From an uncultured Acidimicrobiales bacterium (lineage in GTDB: Bacteria; Actinomycetota; Acidimicrobiia; Acidimicrobiales; SHLQ01), in assembly GCA_938040365.1 (NCBI GenBank), contig CALHXU010000013.1, forward strand, positions 1 through 60,466: 60,466 nucleotides of DNA. Direction: 5' to 3'. The notes under the pieces are model-generated. The model searched no databases, was not told the DNA's origin, and saw nothing but the letters and a program-made list of their open reading frames with translations. The translations under genes and the position numbers were made by a program. Below are positions 26,595 to 34,896 of the stretch, in pieces (positions within the stretch are counted from its first letter, which is position 1; each line of letters opens with the position of its first letter).

Positions 26595-28057
26595 GCAAGT
26601 TTTTCAAGAAGTCCGATAAGTCTGAGGACGCACCGACCGGTGAGCCGTTAATCGAATCGGCGACCGAACAGTTCACCGACTTCACGTCCGAGACCGAAAC
26701 GATCAACATCTCGCCAGATGCTGCGATTCCAGAGCCTGGTCTCCCCGAGAACGGCAGTGGGGTGACGGCTCCTGAAAGCACGTTTGATTCAGCGCCACCA
26801 CCACCGCCACCGGGGTCACCAATTCCTACCGTTGGTCCACCTCCAACACTCCCACCGAGTGGACTACCTGGGGATGCACTGCCAGGAAGCGCACTGCCAG
26901 GAAGTGCACTGCCAGCGAGCATCGATGGCTCGACAGCACCATCCGCTGCGTCAACGCCCACCGCGGCGCCGCCAACCATCTCAGCCTCGCCAGCGAGTGC
27001 GCCTCCTACCGTCTCGATCCGAAGCGAAGAGCCTGCTCACGAAACGTTCCCGGCCGAGCGCCGCTCTGAACATGTTGCACTCGAACAGGTGCTCTACGAG
27101 GTAAAGAAGGTCATCGTTGGCCAGGACCTCCTCCTCGAACAACTCATCGTTGCCTTGCTCGCGCGTGGTCATGTGCTCGTCGAGGGTGTCCCCGGCCTTG
27201 CAAAGACCCTTGCAATCAAGACATTGGCCGACACGATCGGTGGCGAGTTCCAGCGAATCCAGTTCACGCCCGACCTCGTTCCAGCGGACCTCACCGGCAC
27301 CCGGATTTACAACCAAAAGACGGGCGAGTTCCAAACGTCGCTTGGCCCGGTCTTTACCAACCTGCTCCTCGCCGACGAGATCAACCGTGCACCTGCGAAG
27401 GTGCAGTCGGCACTCCTCGAAGTGATGCAAGAGCGTCAGGTCACGATCGGACGCGAGACCCATAAGGTCCCGGAACCGTTCTTGGTGCTCGCAACGCAGA
27501 ACCCGATCGAATCAGAGGGCACCTATCCGCTTCCCGAAGCCCAGCTCGACCGATTCATGATGAAGGTGCTCGTCGACTACCCAAGCCCCACCGAAGAGTT
27601 CGTCATTGTCGAAAGGGTTACCTCGGCGTTCGAGGAGATTAGTCAGGTCATCACGACCGACCAATTGCTCGCGCTGCAAGAGGCCGCCGACGAGGTCTAT
27701 GTCGATCCAGCACTGATCGACTATGCGGTGCAGCTCGTGAACGGCACGAGGAACCCAGCGGGGCTCGGCATGGCCAACCTGGCGCCGTACATCACCCACG
27801 GGGCGAGCCCTCGAGCGTCGATCAACATGATCCTCACCGCAAAGGCGCTCGCGTTTGTTCGCGGTCGTAACTACTGCCTTGCCCACGATGTCCGAGATCT
27901 TGCGCTCGACGTGTTACGCCATCGCCTCGTACTTTCCTATGAGGCGCTCGCCGACGACGTCCGCCCCGATGATCTTCTCGCGCAAATCCTGTCCGCAGTT
28001 CCACTGCCTGAAGTGACGCTGAATGAGCGCACGAACACCATCCTTAGCCAAGCCTGA
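26591..28057 (+). CDS. MoxR-family AAA+ ATPase with about 160-aa Pro/Ser/Ala-rich N-terminal extension
   Basis: Core VLVEGVPGLAKT (Walker A), LLADEINRAPAKVQSALLEVMQERQVT and ATQNPIE. The N-terminal region is low complexity with LPGDALPGSALPGSALPAS. Confidence 0.85.
   Translation: MSKFFKKSDKSEDAPTGEPLIESATEQFTDFTSETETINISPDAAIPEPGLPENGSGVTAPESTFDSAPPPPPPGSPIPTVGPPPTLPPSGLPGDALPGSALPGSALPASIDGSTAPSAASTPTAAPPTISASPASAPPTVSIRSEEPAHETFPAERRSEHVALEQVLYEVKKVIVGQDLLLEQLIVALLARGHVLVEGVPGLAKTLAIKTLADTIGGEFQRIQFTPDLVPADLTGTRIYNQKTGEFQTSLGPVFTNLLLADEINRAPAKVQSALLEVMQERQVTIGRETHKVPEPFLVLATQNPIESEGTYPLPEAQLDRFMMKVLVDYPSPTEEFVIVERVTSAFEEISQVITTDQLLALQEAADEVYVDPALIDYAVQLVNGTRNPAGLGMANLAPYITHGASPRASINMILTAKALAFVRGRNYCLAHDVRDLALDVLRHRLVLSYEALADDVRPDDLLAQILSAVPLPEVTLNERTNTILSQA
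26876..26920 (+). repeat. 15-nt x 3 in-frame tandem repeat in the MoxR N-terminal extension
   Basis: GCACTGCCAGGAAGC / GCACTGCCAGGAAGT / GCACTGCCAGCGAGC, encoding ALPGS-ALPGS-ALPAS. Confidence 0.9.
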
Positions 28058-28952
28058 TCTGCCGGCTCCCGAGGCGCTGCTCGCGCGTCTGGACTGGCAG
28101 ATCCTGCGTCGGCTCGAAGGGCAGCTCCAGGGCGACTACGCCACGGTGTTCCTCGGCGAGGGCCTCGACGTGTCGGACCTGCGCGAGTATCAACCCGACG
28201 ACGATGTCCGTCGAATCGATTGGAACGTCACTGCCCGCATGCGGACGCCCTACGTTCGCCAGTACGAAGAGGACCGAGACGTTACCGCGTGGTTTCTTGT
28301 CGATCGGTCGCTGTCGATGCAGTTCGGCCGGGGCGAGCGAACAAAGGAGTCGGTGACCGCCGAACTCACGGTCGCGCTCTCCAGATTGCTCAGCAACCGG
28401 GGAAATCGGGTCGGCGGGTTGCTCTGGAGCAACGGGCTCGACGCATTGTTGCAACCGAGAACCGGCAAGCCCCAGGTGCTCCGTCTCGCAAAGAAGTTGC
28501 TCGCTCCCTCGCCTGCGGTGCCAACCGCTGAGGTCCGCGACACAACCCTGACCGACCTGTTGGGTGCAGCGAACAGTATTGCTCGACGGCGCGCACTCGT
28601 CTTCATCATCTCCGACTTTGTGAGCGCCCCAGGATGGGACGTCGAGCTCCGCCGCCTCGGCGTGCTCCACGAGGTCATCGCTATCCGAGTCACAGATCCT
28701 CAAGAGCATCAGATTCCCAACGCCGGGCTCGTCGTGGTGCAAGACGCTGAGACCGGCGAGCAGATGACGGTCGATACCGGCGACGCAAAGTTCCGTCAAC
28801 GCTTCGAAGCCGCAGCGATCGCTCGCGAAACCGCCATTGCCGAAGAGTCGGTTCGCTCCGGAGTGGATCTCTTTACGATCTCGACCGAGGACGACCTCGC
28901 ACGCAAACTGCTCGAGATGGTCGCTCACCGAAAGGCTCGGCGCGGCCGATGA
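28023..28952 (+). CDS. DUF58 domain protein (MoxR-associated, VWA-like fold)
   Basis: LREYQPDDDVRRIDWNVTARMRTPYVRQYEEDR is the DUF58 signature. It follows moxR as in Bat/MoxR operons. The start is uncertain (35-nt overlap with moxR if the ATG at 28023 is used). Confidence 0.8.
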   Translation: MSARTPSLAKPDLPAPEALLARLDWQILRRLEGQLQGDYATVFLGEGLDVSDLREYQPDDDVRRIDWNVTARMRTPYVRQYEEDRDVTAWFLVDRSLSMQFGRGERTKESVTAELTVALSRLLSNRGNRVGGLLWSNGLDALLQPRTGKPQVLRLAKKLLAPSPAVPTAEVRDTTLTDLLGAANSIARRRALVFIISDFVSAPGWDVELRRLGVLHEVIAIRVTDPQEHQIPNAGLVVVQDAETGEQMTVDTGDAKFRQRFEAAAIARETAIAEESVRSGVDLFTISTEDDLARKLLEMVAHRKARRGR

Positions 28953-29932
28953 TCTTCCTCTGGCCACTCGCGCTATTGAGCCTGCTCATCGTGCCCCTTC
29001 TGATCTTTGGGTACGTGCGCTTGAACACGACGAATCGTGCAGCATCGACCTCCACGCTCGGCAGCGGGTACGAACACGTGGGCACTCGCTCATGGACTCG
29101 GCATCTGTCGCCGTTCTTTGCGTTTCTTGCACTCACGTCGATGCTCGTCGGATTCGCACGTCCCCAGGCAACGATCGATGTACCACGCTTTCGAAGCACC
29201 GTGATCTTGGCGTTCGATACCTCCGAATCGATGGCGGCGACCGACCTCGAACCCTCGCGCCTCGAAGCGGCGAAAACTGCAGCACTCGACTTCGTCGATG
29301 CCCAGCCCGATTCGGTCGATATCGGCATCGTCTCGTTCGGTTCGCTGGGCGCCATCACCTTGCGGCCAACCGAAGAACGCGACGAAATCGCCGCAGCGAT
29401 TACCCGACTCGCGCCAGCAGGCGAAACGAATCTCTCCGAAGGGGTCTTCGCTGCGCTGAGCGCAATCGCAGAAGACCCGATCATCTATCAGCCCGACGAG
29501 CAAGGCAATGTCGAGATTCCCCCGGTTGACTTTGGATCGTTCGGATCCGCGCTGATCGTGTTGTACTCCGATGGCGAGGACACGACCGAAACCGACCCGC
29601 TTCCACTCGCCGAACTCGGCGGCCAGGCCGGGATTCGCATCTATTCGATCGGGGTCGGAACCGTCGAGGGCGCCACGCTCGACATCAACGGGTTTAGCGT
29701 CTCGACGGCGCTGAACGAGGAATCACTTCAGGCGCTTTCAGAGCAATCGAACGGTACCTATTTCTTGGCTGACGAAGTATCTGATCTTTCCAACGCAGCC
29801 GAATCGATCGAACGCGATCTCGTGATCGAAGAAGAGAACCTCGAAGTCTCGGGGCTCTTTGCGATTGGGAGCATCATCTTGCTGGCCTTCGCTGGTGTGT
29901 CTTCGATCGTGACGCAGAGGAGGTTGCCATGA
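28949..29932 (+). CDS. VWA domain membrane protein (BatA-like)
   Basis: N-terminal TM, MIDAS DTSESM, SDGEDT, and a C-terminal TM. ATGA overlap with the DUF58 gene. Confidence 0.8.
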   Translation: MIFLWPLALLSLLIVPLLIFGYVRLNTTNRAASTSTLGSGYEHVGTRSWTRHLSPFFAFLALTSMLVGFARPQATIDVPRFRSTVILAFDTSESMAATDLEPSRLEAAKTAALDFVDAQPDSVDIGIVSFGSLGAITLRPTEERDEIAAAITRLAPAGETNLSEGVFAALSAIAEDPIIYQPDEQGNVEIPPVDFGSFGSALIVLYSDGEDTTETDPLPLAELGGQAGIRIYSIGVGTVEGATLDINGFSVSTALNEESLQALSEQSNGTYFLADEVSDLSNAAESIERDLVIEEENLEVSGLFAIGSIILLAFAGVSSIVTQRRLP

Positions 29933-31008
29933 GCTTTGCATGGCCGCTTCTCCTCGCGTTGTTGATCGTCCCGGCGCTGCTTCTCGTCGCGTATCTGGTG
30001 ATGCTCAAGAAGCGGAAGAAGGAGGCGATCACCTACACGAGCCTCTCGCTCATTCGTGAAGCCGCTCCGACCCGGTCGGCGTGGAAGCAGCACCTGCCCG
30101 CCGCGCTGTTGTTGGCATCGCTGGTTTCGCTCGCGCTTGGCGCGGCTCGCCCGATCATCTCTACCGAGGTTCCGCTTAGTCGCACGTCGATCATCCTCAC
30201 CCTCGACGTGTCGCTCTCGATGTGTTCGACCGATGTCGAACCGAATCGCTTGGCCGTCGCACAAGACGCGGCTCGACAGTTCGTCGAGAACCGAGACGAC
30301 GGCACCCAGATCGGCATCGTCGCATTTGGTGGAACAGCCGAGCTGATCGTGCCACCGACAAACGACACGAGCGAGCTCGTCGAGGCCGTCGATGGGTTCA
30401 CCACAACGCTCGGGACCGGCATCGGAAATGCGACGATCACCGCGCTCGACGCCATTGCCGAAGTGAATCCCGACGTTGAGCGGGCGACCGTCGACCTAAG
30501 CGGCGTTGTCGATCGCGACGCAATCGCAGCGTCTGGCGAGTTCGTACCCGACATCGTTGTCTTGCTCACCGATGGCGCAAATAGTCAGGGCGTCGACCCA
30601 TTGCTCGCTGCCCAGCAGGCATTTGACCGTCAGGTTCGCGTCTTCACGATTGGATTCGGTGGCGACGAAATCGCCGAGATGGTGTGCGCCCCCGATCAGA
30701 TTGGCCCCGGCTCGTTCGCACCCGGGTTTGGGTTCGACAACGGCGTTCCCGACCTTGGCGATACGACCCTCGATGACCTTCGCCCCTTCTTAGTAATCGA
30801 TGAACCAACACTGATGGCCGTCGCAGACACCACGGGTGGCGAATACTTCCGAGCCGAAGACTCGGCCCAGCTGATCGATGTGTTCAATCAGCTTCCGAGC
30901 CAGATCGTGCTGCAGGAACAAGACGTCGAGATAACCGTTGCCTTCCTCATCGCGAGCGCCATGTTGCTGGTCGCCGCGTATGCCATGAGCTTGCGGCTTC
31001 GGCGATAG
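29929..31008 (+). CDS. VWA domain membrane protein (BatB-like)
   Basis: N-terminal TMs, MIDAS LDVSLSM, LTDGANS, and a C-terminal TM. ATGA overlap with the preceding VWA gene. Confidence 0.8.
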   Translation: MSFAWPLLLALLIVPALLLVAYLVMLKKRKKEAITYTSLSLIREAAPTRSAWKQHLPAALLLASLVSLALGAARPIISTEVPLSRTSIILTLDVSLSMCSTDVEPNRLAVAQDAARQFVENRDDGTQIGIVAFGGTAELIVPPTNDTSELVEAVDGFTTTLGTGIGNATITALDAIAEVNPDVERATVDLSGVVDRDAIAASGEFVPDIVVLLTDGANSQGVDPLLAAQQAFDRQVRVFTIGFGGDEIAEMVCAPDQIGPGSFAPGFGFDNGVPDLGDTTLDDLRPFLVIDEPTLMAVADTTGGEYFRAEDSAQLIDVFNQLPSQIVLQEQDVEITVAFLIASAMLLVAAYAMSLRLRR

Positions 31009-31039
31009 CGCCGGCAACGCGGCAGGATAGTCTTGCCCG

Positions 31040-32083
31040 GTGACTTCGATTCGTCTCCCCCAGCCCGATGATTGGCATGTGCATCTTCGCGATGGTGACA
31101 TGCTCGATGCCGTCGTTGGATATACCGCCCGACGCTTCCGCTATGCAATGGTGATGCCCAACCTCATGCCACCGGTCGTGAGCACAGACGGCGCTGCCGA
31201 GTACCGCGATCGGATTCTCGCTGCCGCCCCGGCTGACAGCCTCGATTTTCGCCCAGTGATGGCCATCTACTGTTCTCCGCTCGTCGATCCTGTCGACCTG
31301 AAGGCGGGCATTGACGACGGCGTTATCGGCGCCATGAAGTACTACCCCGCTGGAGCGACGACGAACTCTGCAGCTGGCGGCACATCGCTCGCCGATTTCG
31401 CAGCGCTCTTCGAAATTCTCATCGAGACAGATACCAGGCTCTTGGTCCACGCCGAATCGACAGATCCGAACATCGACATCTTCGATCGCGAAGCGGCTTT
31501 TCTCGAAGACCAGCTCGCTCCGCTCTGTGCAGCGATGCCCGACCTCTTGGTCACCGTCGAACACGTGTCGACTCGAGCCGGGGTCGACTTTGTCGCCGAG
31601 CACGAGAATACTGCTGCGACGATCACCCCGCACCACCTCGCTCGGGAGCGCTCCGACTTGCTCGCCTCCGGGATGAAGCCCGATCTGTACTGCAAGCCAG
31701 TGATTAACTCGGCCGACGATCGCGACGCACTTATCGCCGCCGCAACGAGCGGGAACCCGGCATTTATGTTGGGAACTGACTCGGCGCCGCACCCAACGAC
31801 CGCGAAGTACGGCCCGAGCGCCAAGGCGGGCGTGTTCAACGCCGCCTACGGTCTCGAGGTCGTCGCCGACGTATTCGACAAACGAGACGCACTTTCGAAC
31901 CTCGCAGCGTTCGTATCGAGCAACGGGTGTGCGATCTACGGCGTGGAACCGCCGGACAATGAGATCACACTGACCGCCGAGACGGTCGACGTTGCGGTTG
32001 CCGAATCGCTTTCGACGGCGAACGGCGACGAAGTTGTCCTGTTCGGCACCGAAGAAGCCACCCGCTGGACGGTGGGTGCGTAG
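31040..32083 (+). CDS. pyrC: dihydroorotase (homodimeric, E. coli-like type II)
   Basis: PDDWHVHLRDG metal-binding motif, KYYPAGATTNS and DSAPH. About 347 aa. Confidence 0.85.
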   Translation: MTSIRLPQPDDWHVHLRDGDMLDAVVGYTARRFRYAMVMPNLMPPVVSTDGAAEYRDRILAAAPADSLDFRPVMAIYCSPLVDPVDLKAGIDDGVIGAMKYYPAGATTNSAAGGTSLADFAALFEILIETDTRLLVHAESTDPNIDIFDREAAFLEDQLAPLCAAMPDLLVTVEHVSTRAGVDFVAEHENTAATITPHHLARERSDLLASGMKPDLYCKPVINSADDRDALIAAATSGNPAFMLGTDSAPHPTTAKYGPSAKAGVFNAAYGLEVVADVFDKRDALSNLAAFVSSNGCAIYGVEPPDNEITLTAETVDVAVAESLSTANGDEVVLFGTEEATRWTVGA

Positions 32084-32104
32084 GGCTGAATAGATAGCCG
32101 CTTT

Positions 32105-32878
32105 TTAGGCTTTGCCCGGCCAGCCGCATCGGACGCTCACTCCGGGCGAGTAGTGCACGAGCGGGTCGGTCAACGGTTCGGAAAGGCCGGCGGCAGTGAC
32201 CAACTGGTCGTCGTAGCTGTCGACGGTGGCGTAATGCAGCGGCCACGGGTCGTGATACATCTTTGCGAAGCTCCGCCATTTCCACAGGTCACCGTAGAGC
32301 GCCCATCGGGCCGTCAGAAACCGGTCGAGCGGGCCTTGTTGACCGGACCCGAAGGCCTCGCCGACAGTGACCGAGACTACCGAGGTTGCCGGGGTTGGGT
32401 CTGGCCATTTGCGTGCCGACGCGTACGTGATCTTGTCGCCTTCGAGCGGCGTACGGTCGATGGGGCTTCCCATAAAGTCTGTTCGTTCGATCGTCATGTC
32501 GGCCCAAAAGTACGGCACCTGATAGGAGGTTCGGGCGGCCACAACTGCCGGAAGCGACGATGCTTCGAGCGACCAGAAGTACACGCCGGGTTCTCCCGAC
32601 TTTCCCGTTACATACGTGCGGACGTTCGTCTCGGGAAAGTGCAAAATGCGTTTCATCGCTGGTGCGAATGGGATGTCGACCTTCATCTGAAAGGGAACGA
32701 GCCCAACCCACGCCGATCCGTCGAAGGTCTCGACGGTAAGACCTTCGGGGAGCAGTGACTGGACTTCGTCGGGTTCGTAACGCCAGTGCAACATGGTGAG
32801 GTCCTCCCAGCGCATTCGCATTGGAGTGATCCGAATCGTGTGCGGACACACTTCGGGATACCTGTCGACGGAAACCAC
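32105..32878 (-). CDS. DUF2071 (YqjF-like) family protein
   Basis: MRWEDLTMLHWRYEPDEVQSLLPEGL...GSAWVGLVPFQM matches the DUF2071 pattern. The true start may be the internal ATG near 32821. Confidence 0.65.
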   Translation of the reverse strand: MVSVDRYPEVCPHTIRITPMRMRWEDLTMLHWRYEPDEVQSLLPEGLTVETFDGSAWVGLVPFQMKVDIPFAPAMKRILHFPETNVRTYVTGKSGEPGVYFWSLEASSLPAVVAARTSYQVPYFWADMTIERTDFMGSPIDRTPLEGDKITYASARKWPDPTPATSVVSVTVGEAFGSGQQGPLDRFLTARWALYGDLWKWRSFAKMYHDPWPLHYATVDSYDDQLVTAAGLSEPLTDPLVHYSPGVSVRCGWPGKA

Positions 32879-32970
32879 GTCGGCATTCTAGAAGACTGCC
32901 GCTGCTCGCGTAGGCCGGACGCTAACGTACCCGAGCTGGCACTTGTCATTTGCAGGACTACGCTTTTGTG

Positions 32971-33774
32971 ATGGCTGATTTATCGCTTCCACCGATCGTT
33001 CCCATCGACGCTGCGGCAGACGCCGACGGTGTTTCGACCGTCATTTGTGATGCCCGCGCCTACCTCGACGGACGTCAGGGCAGCGATGCGTACGCTCAGG
33101 GTCATATCCCAGGTGCCCGCCACCTCGACCTCGAAACCGACTTTTCTGGTCTCGCCGGGCCAGGTGTTGGGCGTCATCCACTCCCCGAAGCTGAGGTGTT
33201 CTCGGCCGCGCTCGCTGGAGCTGGCATCGGCGCCGACACGAATGTCCTTGCCTATGACGACGCGGGAGGAATGATCGCTGGCCGACTGGTGTGGATGCTT
33301 CGAACGTTAGGCCAAAACGCCGCGCTCATCGATGGTGGCCTCGACGCGTGGACGGGCGAGTTGGAGACTGCGACACCCTCCTTTGACCCGGTCCCCTGTC
33401 CCGTTCGGCACTTTCCGGCTACGGCGACGGTCGACGCAGACGAGGTCGAAGCGTTTTGTGCTGCTGGTGGTGTCGTGGTCGACGTTCGAGACCCCGACCG
33501 CTTTGCTGGCACGACCGAGCCGCTCGACCCTGAAGCTGGCCACATCGAAGGCGCGATCAACGTCCCGTTCACAGACAACTTGGACGCAGGCAAGTACCGT
33601 CCACTCGACGAACTCGCCGCAATCTACTCGGCGCACAATTTCGGCAACGACACGATCTACTACTGCGGCTCCGGCGTCAGCGCCTGCCACACGATGCTCG
33701 CAGCCGAAGCCGCCGGCCTAGGCCTCGGCCGCCTCTACGTAGGCTCCTGGTCCGGCTACTGCACCCGCCCATAA
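32971..33774 (+). CDS. tandem-rhodanese sulfurtransferase, 3-mercaptopyruvate type (SseA-like)
   Basis: Two rhodanese domains. The active-site loop YCGSGVSACH is the CGSGVT(A/S)-type loop of MST enzymes. ATG at 32971 is preferred over the TTG at 32950. Confidence 0.8.
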   Translation: MADLSLPPIVPIDAAADADGVSTVICDARAYLDGRQGSDAYAQGHIPGARHLDLETDFSGLAGPGVGRHPLPEAEVFSAALAGAGIGADTNVLAYDDAGGMIAGRLVWMLRTLGQNAALIDGGLDAWTGELETATPSFDPVPCPVRHFPATATVDADEVEAFCAAGGVVVDVRDPDRFAGTTEPLDPEAGHIEGAINVPFTDNLDAGKYRPLDELAAIYSAHNFGNDTIYYCGSGVSACHTMLAAEAAGLGLGRLYVGSWSGYCTRP

Positions 33775-33829
33775 CGGGGTCAGGTCTCACTTTCACCCGC
33801 TCCCCAACGGGGTCAGGTCTCACTTTCAC
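33773..33829 (+). repeat. two direct copies (33-nt period) of AACGGGGTCAGGTCTCACTTTCAC, left flank of the Y1 transposase gene
   Basis: Perfect 24-mers at 33773-33796 and 33806-33829. The first starts inside the rhodanese TAA stop and the second abuts the transposase stop codon. Confidence 0.95.
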
Positions 33830-34759
33830 TCACCTACATCGCGGATCGACTGCGCTGCCTTCCAAACCCTTGCGTACCTTTTCGACGGCGAGAGCCCATT
33901 CTTCCTCAACGGATCGCTTGCGAAAGCGGTCCGCAGCGCTACCAGCGCTTTGGGGCGTTGAATATCCGAAGCGCTGTGCGAGCTCACGAAGAGACAGTCC
34001 ACCAAGCTCTTGGCATAGCCCGAGGCTCACGAGGCGTTGGTCACCAGAATCCCCAAAGACCCGACGCACCTCCTTACAGATTTCCTCAGGCGTCGGGCGG
34101 GCAACACCTGCTCGCAGGTGCCCAATGGTCTGATCGTCAACAGTGGACCGAGCGAGCACAGCATTCACGAACGGACGGTCACCGATCACCTGCGGAAACA
34201 TCGATGGATCGAACGGGGTCAACGACTCCGACAACGTCCATCTCCGAAGTTGCTCAACGGTCTCGACGCCTGCCATCGCAAGTGCTCCCGAGTACAGCCA
34301 CGAGGGCTGTGATTCCGCAGCCAAATGAAAGTCGAAATAGCTCGACCACTCATATTTGTGCAGGTTTTGAGGTTCGACCAGCGCCAATGGATTGCGATGG
34401 ACATATCGAACGACCGTGTCGAGGTACGCGTCCGAGTCCACCAATTTCGCTCTGAAACGACCTCGAAACAGCGGTCCATCCACGCCGTGCCTTCGGTTGA
34501 ATCGCTGAGCGAAGACTCCATCGACGTACTGGATAGCCTTGCTCAGCTCACCCGTCGGAGACCGAACTACTAGGTGATAGTGGGTGCCCATAAGTGCATA
34601 GGCGTGGACTTCCAGACCGTACCGTGCGTGCGCCACTCCAAGTAGCCGCAAGAAGTCCCAGCGATCTTCCGCGTCACGGAAGATTGTCTCCTTCCGCCGC
34701 CCACGGTTCATTACGTGGTGCCACGCACCCGGATAGTCGATTCGAAGCTGACGAGCCAT
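33830..34759 (-). CDS. IS200/RayT-like Y1 (HUH) transposase with C-terminal HTH extension
   Basis: HUH motif in HAYALMGTHYHLVV, catalytic Tyr region VVRYVHRNPL, and N-terminal AWHHVMNRG. There is an extra C-terminal region of about 130 aa (LSLRELAQRFGYSTPQSAGSA, HTH-like). No tnpB partner. Confidence 0.8.
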   Translation of the reverse strand: MARQLRIDYPGAWHHVMNRGRRKETIFRDAEDRWDFLRLLGVAHARYGLEVHAYALMGTHYHLVVRSPTGELSKAIQYVDGVFAQRFNRRHGVDGPLFRGRFRAKLVDSDAYLDTVVRYVHRNPLALVEPQNLHKYEWSSYFDFHLAAESQPSWLYSGALAMAGVETVEQLRRWTLSESLTPFDPSMFPQVIGDRPFVNAVLARSTVDDQTIGHLRAGVARPTPEEICKEVRRVFGDSGDQRLVSLGLCQELGGLSLRELAQRFGYSTPQSAGSAADRFRKRSVEEEWALAVEKVRKGLEGSAVDPRCR

Positions 34760-34830
34760 TGGATTTCCCTGTTTCAGAAGACGCAGGGGGAAGCAAGAGT
34801 CAATCTACTGATGGCGTGTGACAACCGAGA

Positions 34831-34884
34831 GTGAAAGTGAGACCTGACCCCATCCAGACACGAGTGAAAGTGAGACCTGACCCC
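34831..34884 (+). repeat. two copies (33-nt period) of GTGAAAGTGAGACCTGACCCC, right flank, inverted relative to the left flank
   Basis: Perfect 21-mers at 34831-34851 and 34864-34884, the reverse complement of the left-flank core. Confidence 0.95.
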
Positions 34885-34896
34885 ATTGGGAGGCGA

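Larger units (their letters stand above)
33773..34885 (-). mobile_element. REPtron-like cassette: Y1 transposase bracketed by inverted doublets of a 21-nt repeat
   Basis: The core GGGGTCAGGTCTCACTTTCAC occurs at 33776-33796 and 33809-33829. Its exact reverse complement occurs at 34831-34851 and 34864-34884. The cassette fills the gap between two convergent genes. Confidence 0.7.
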
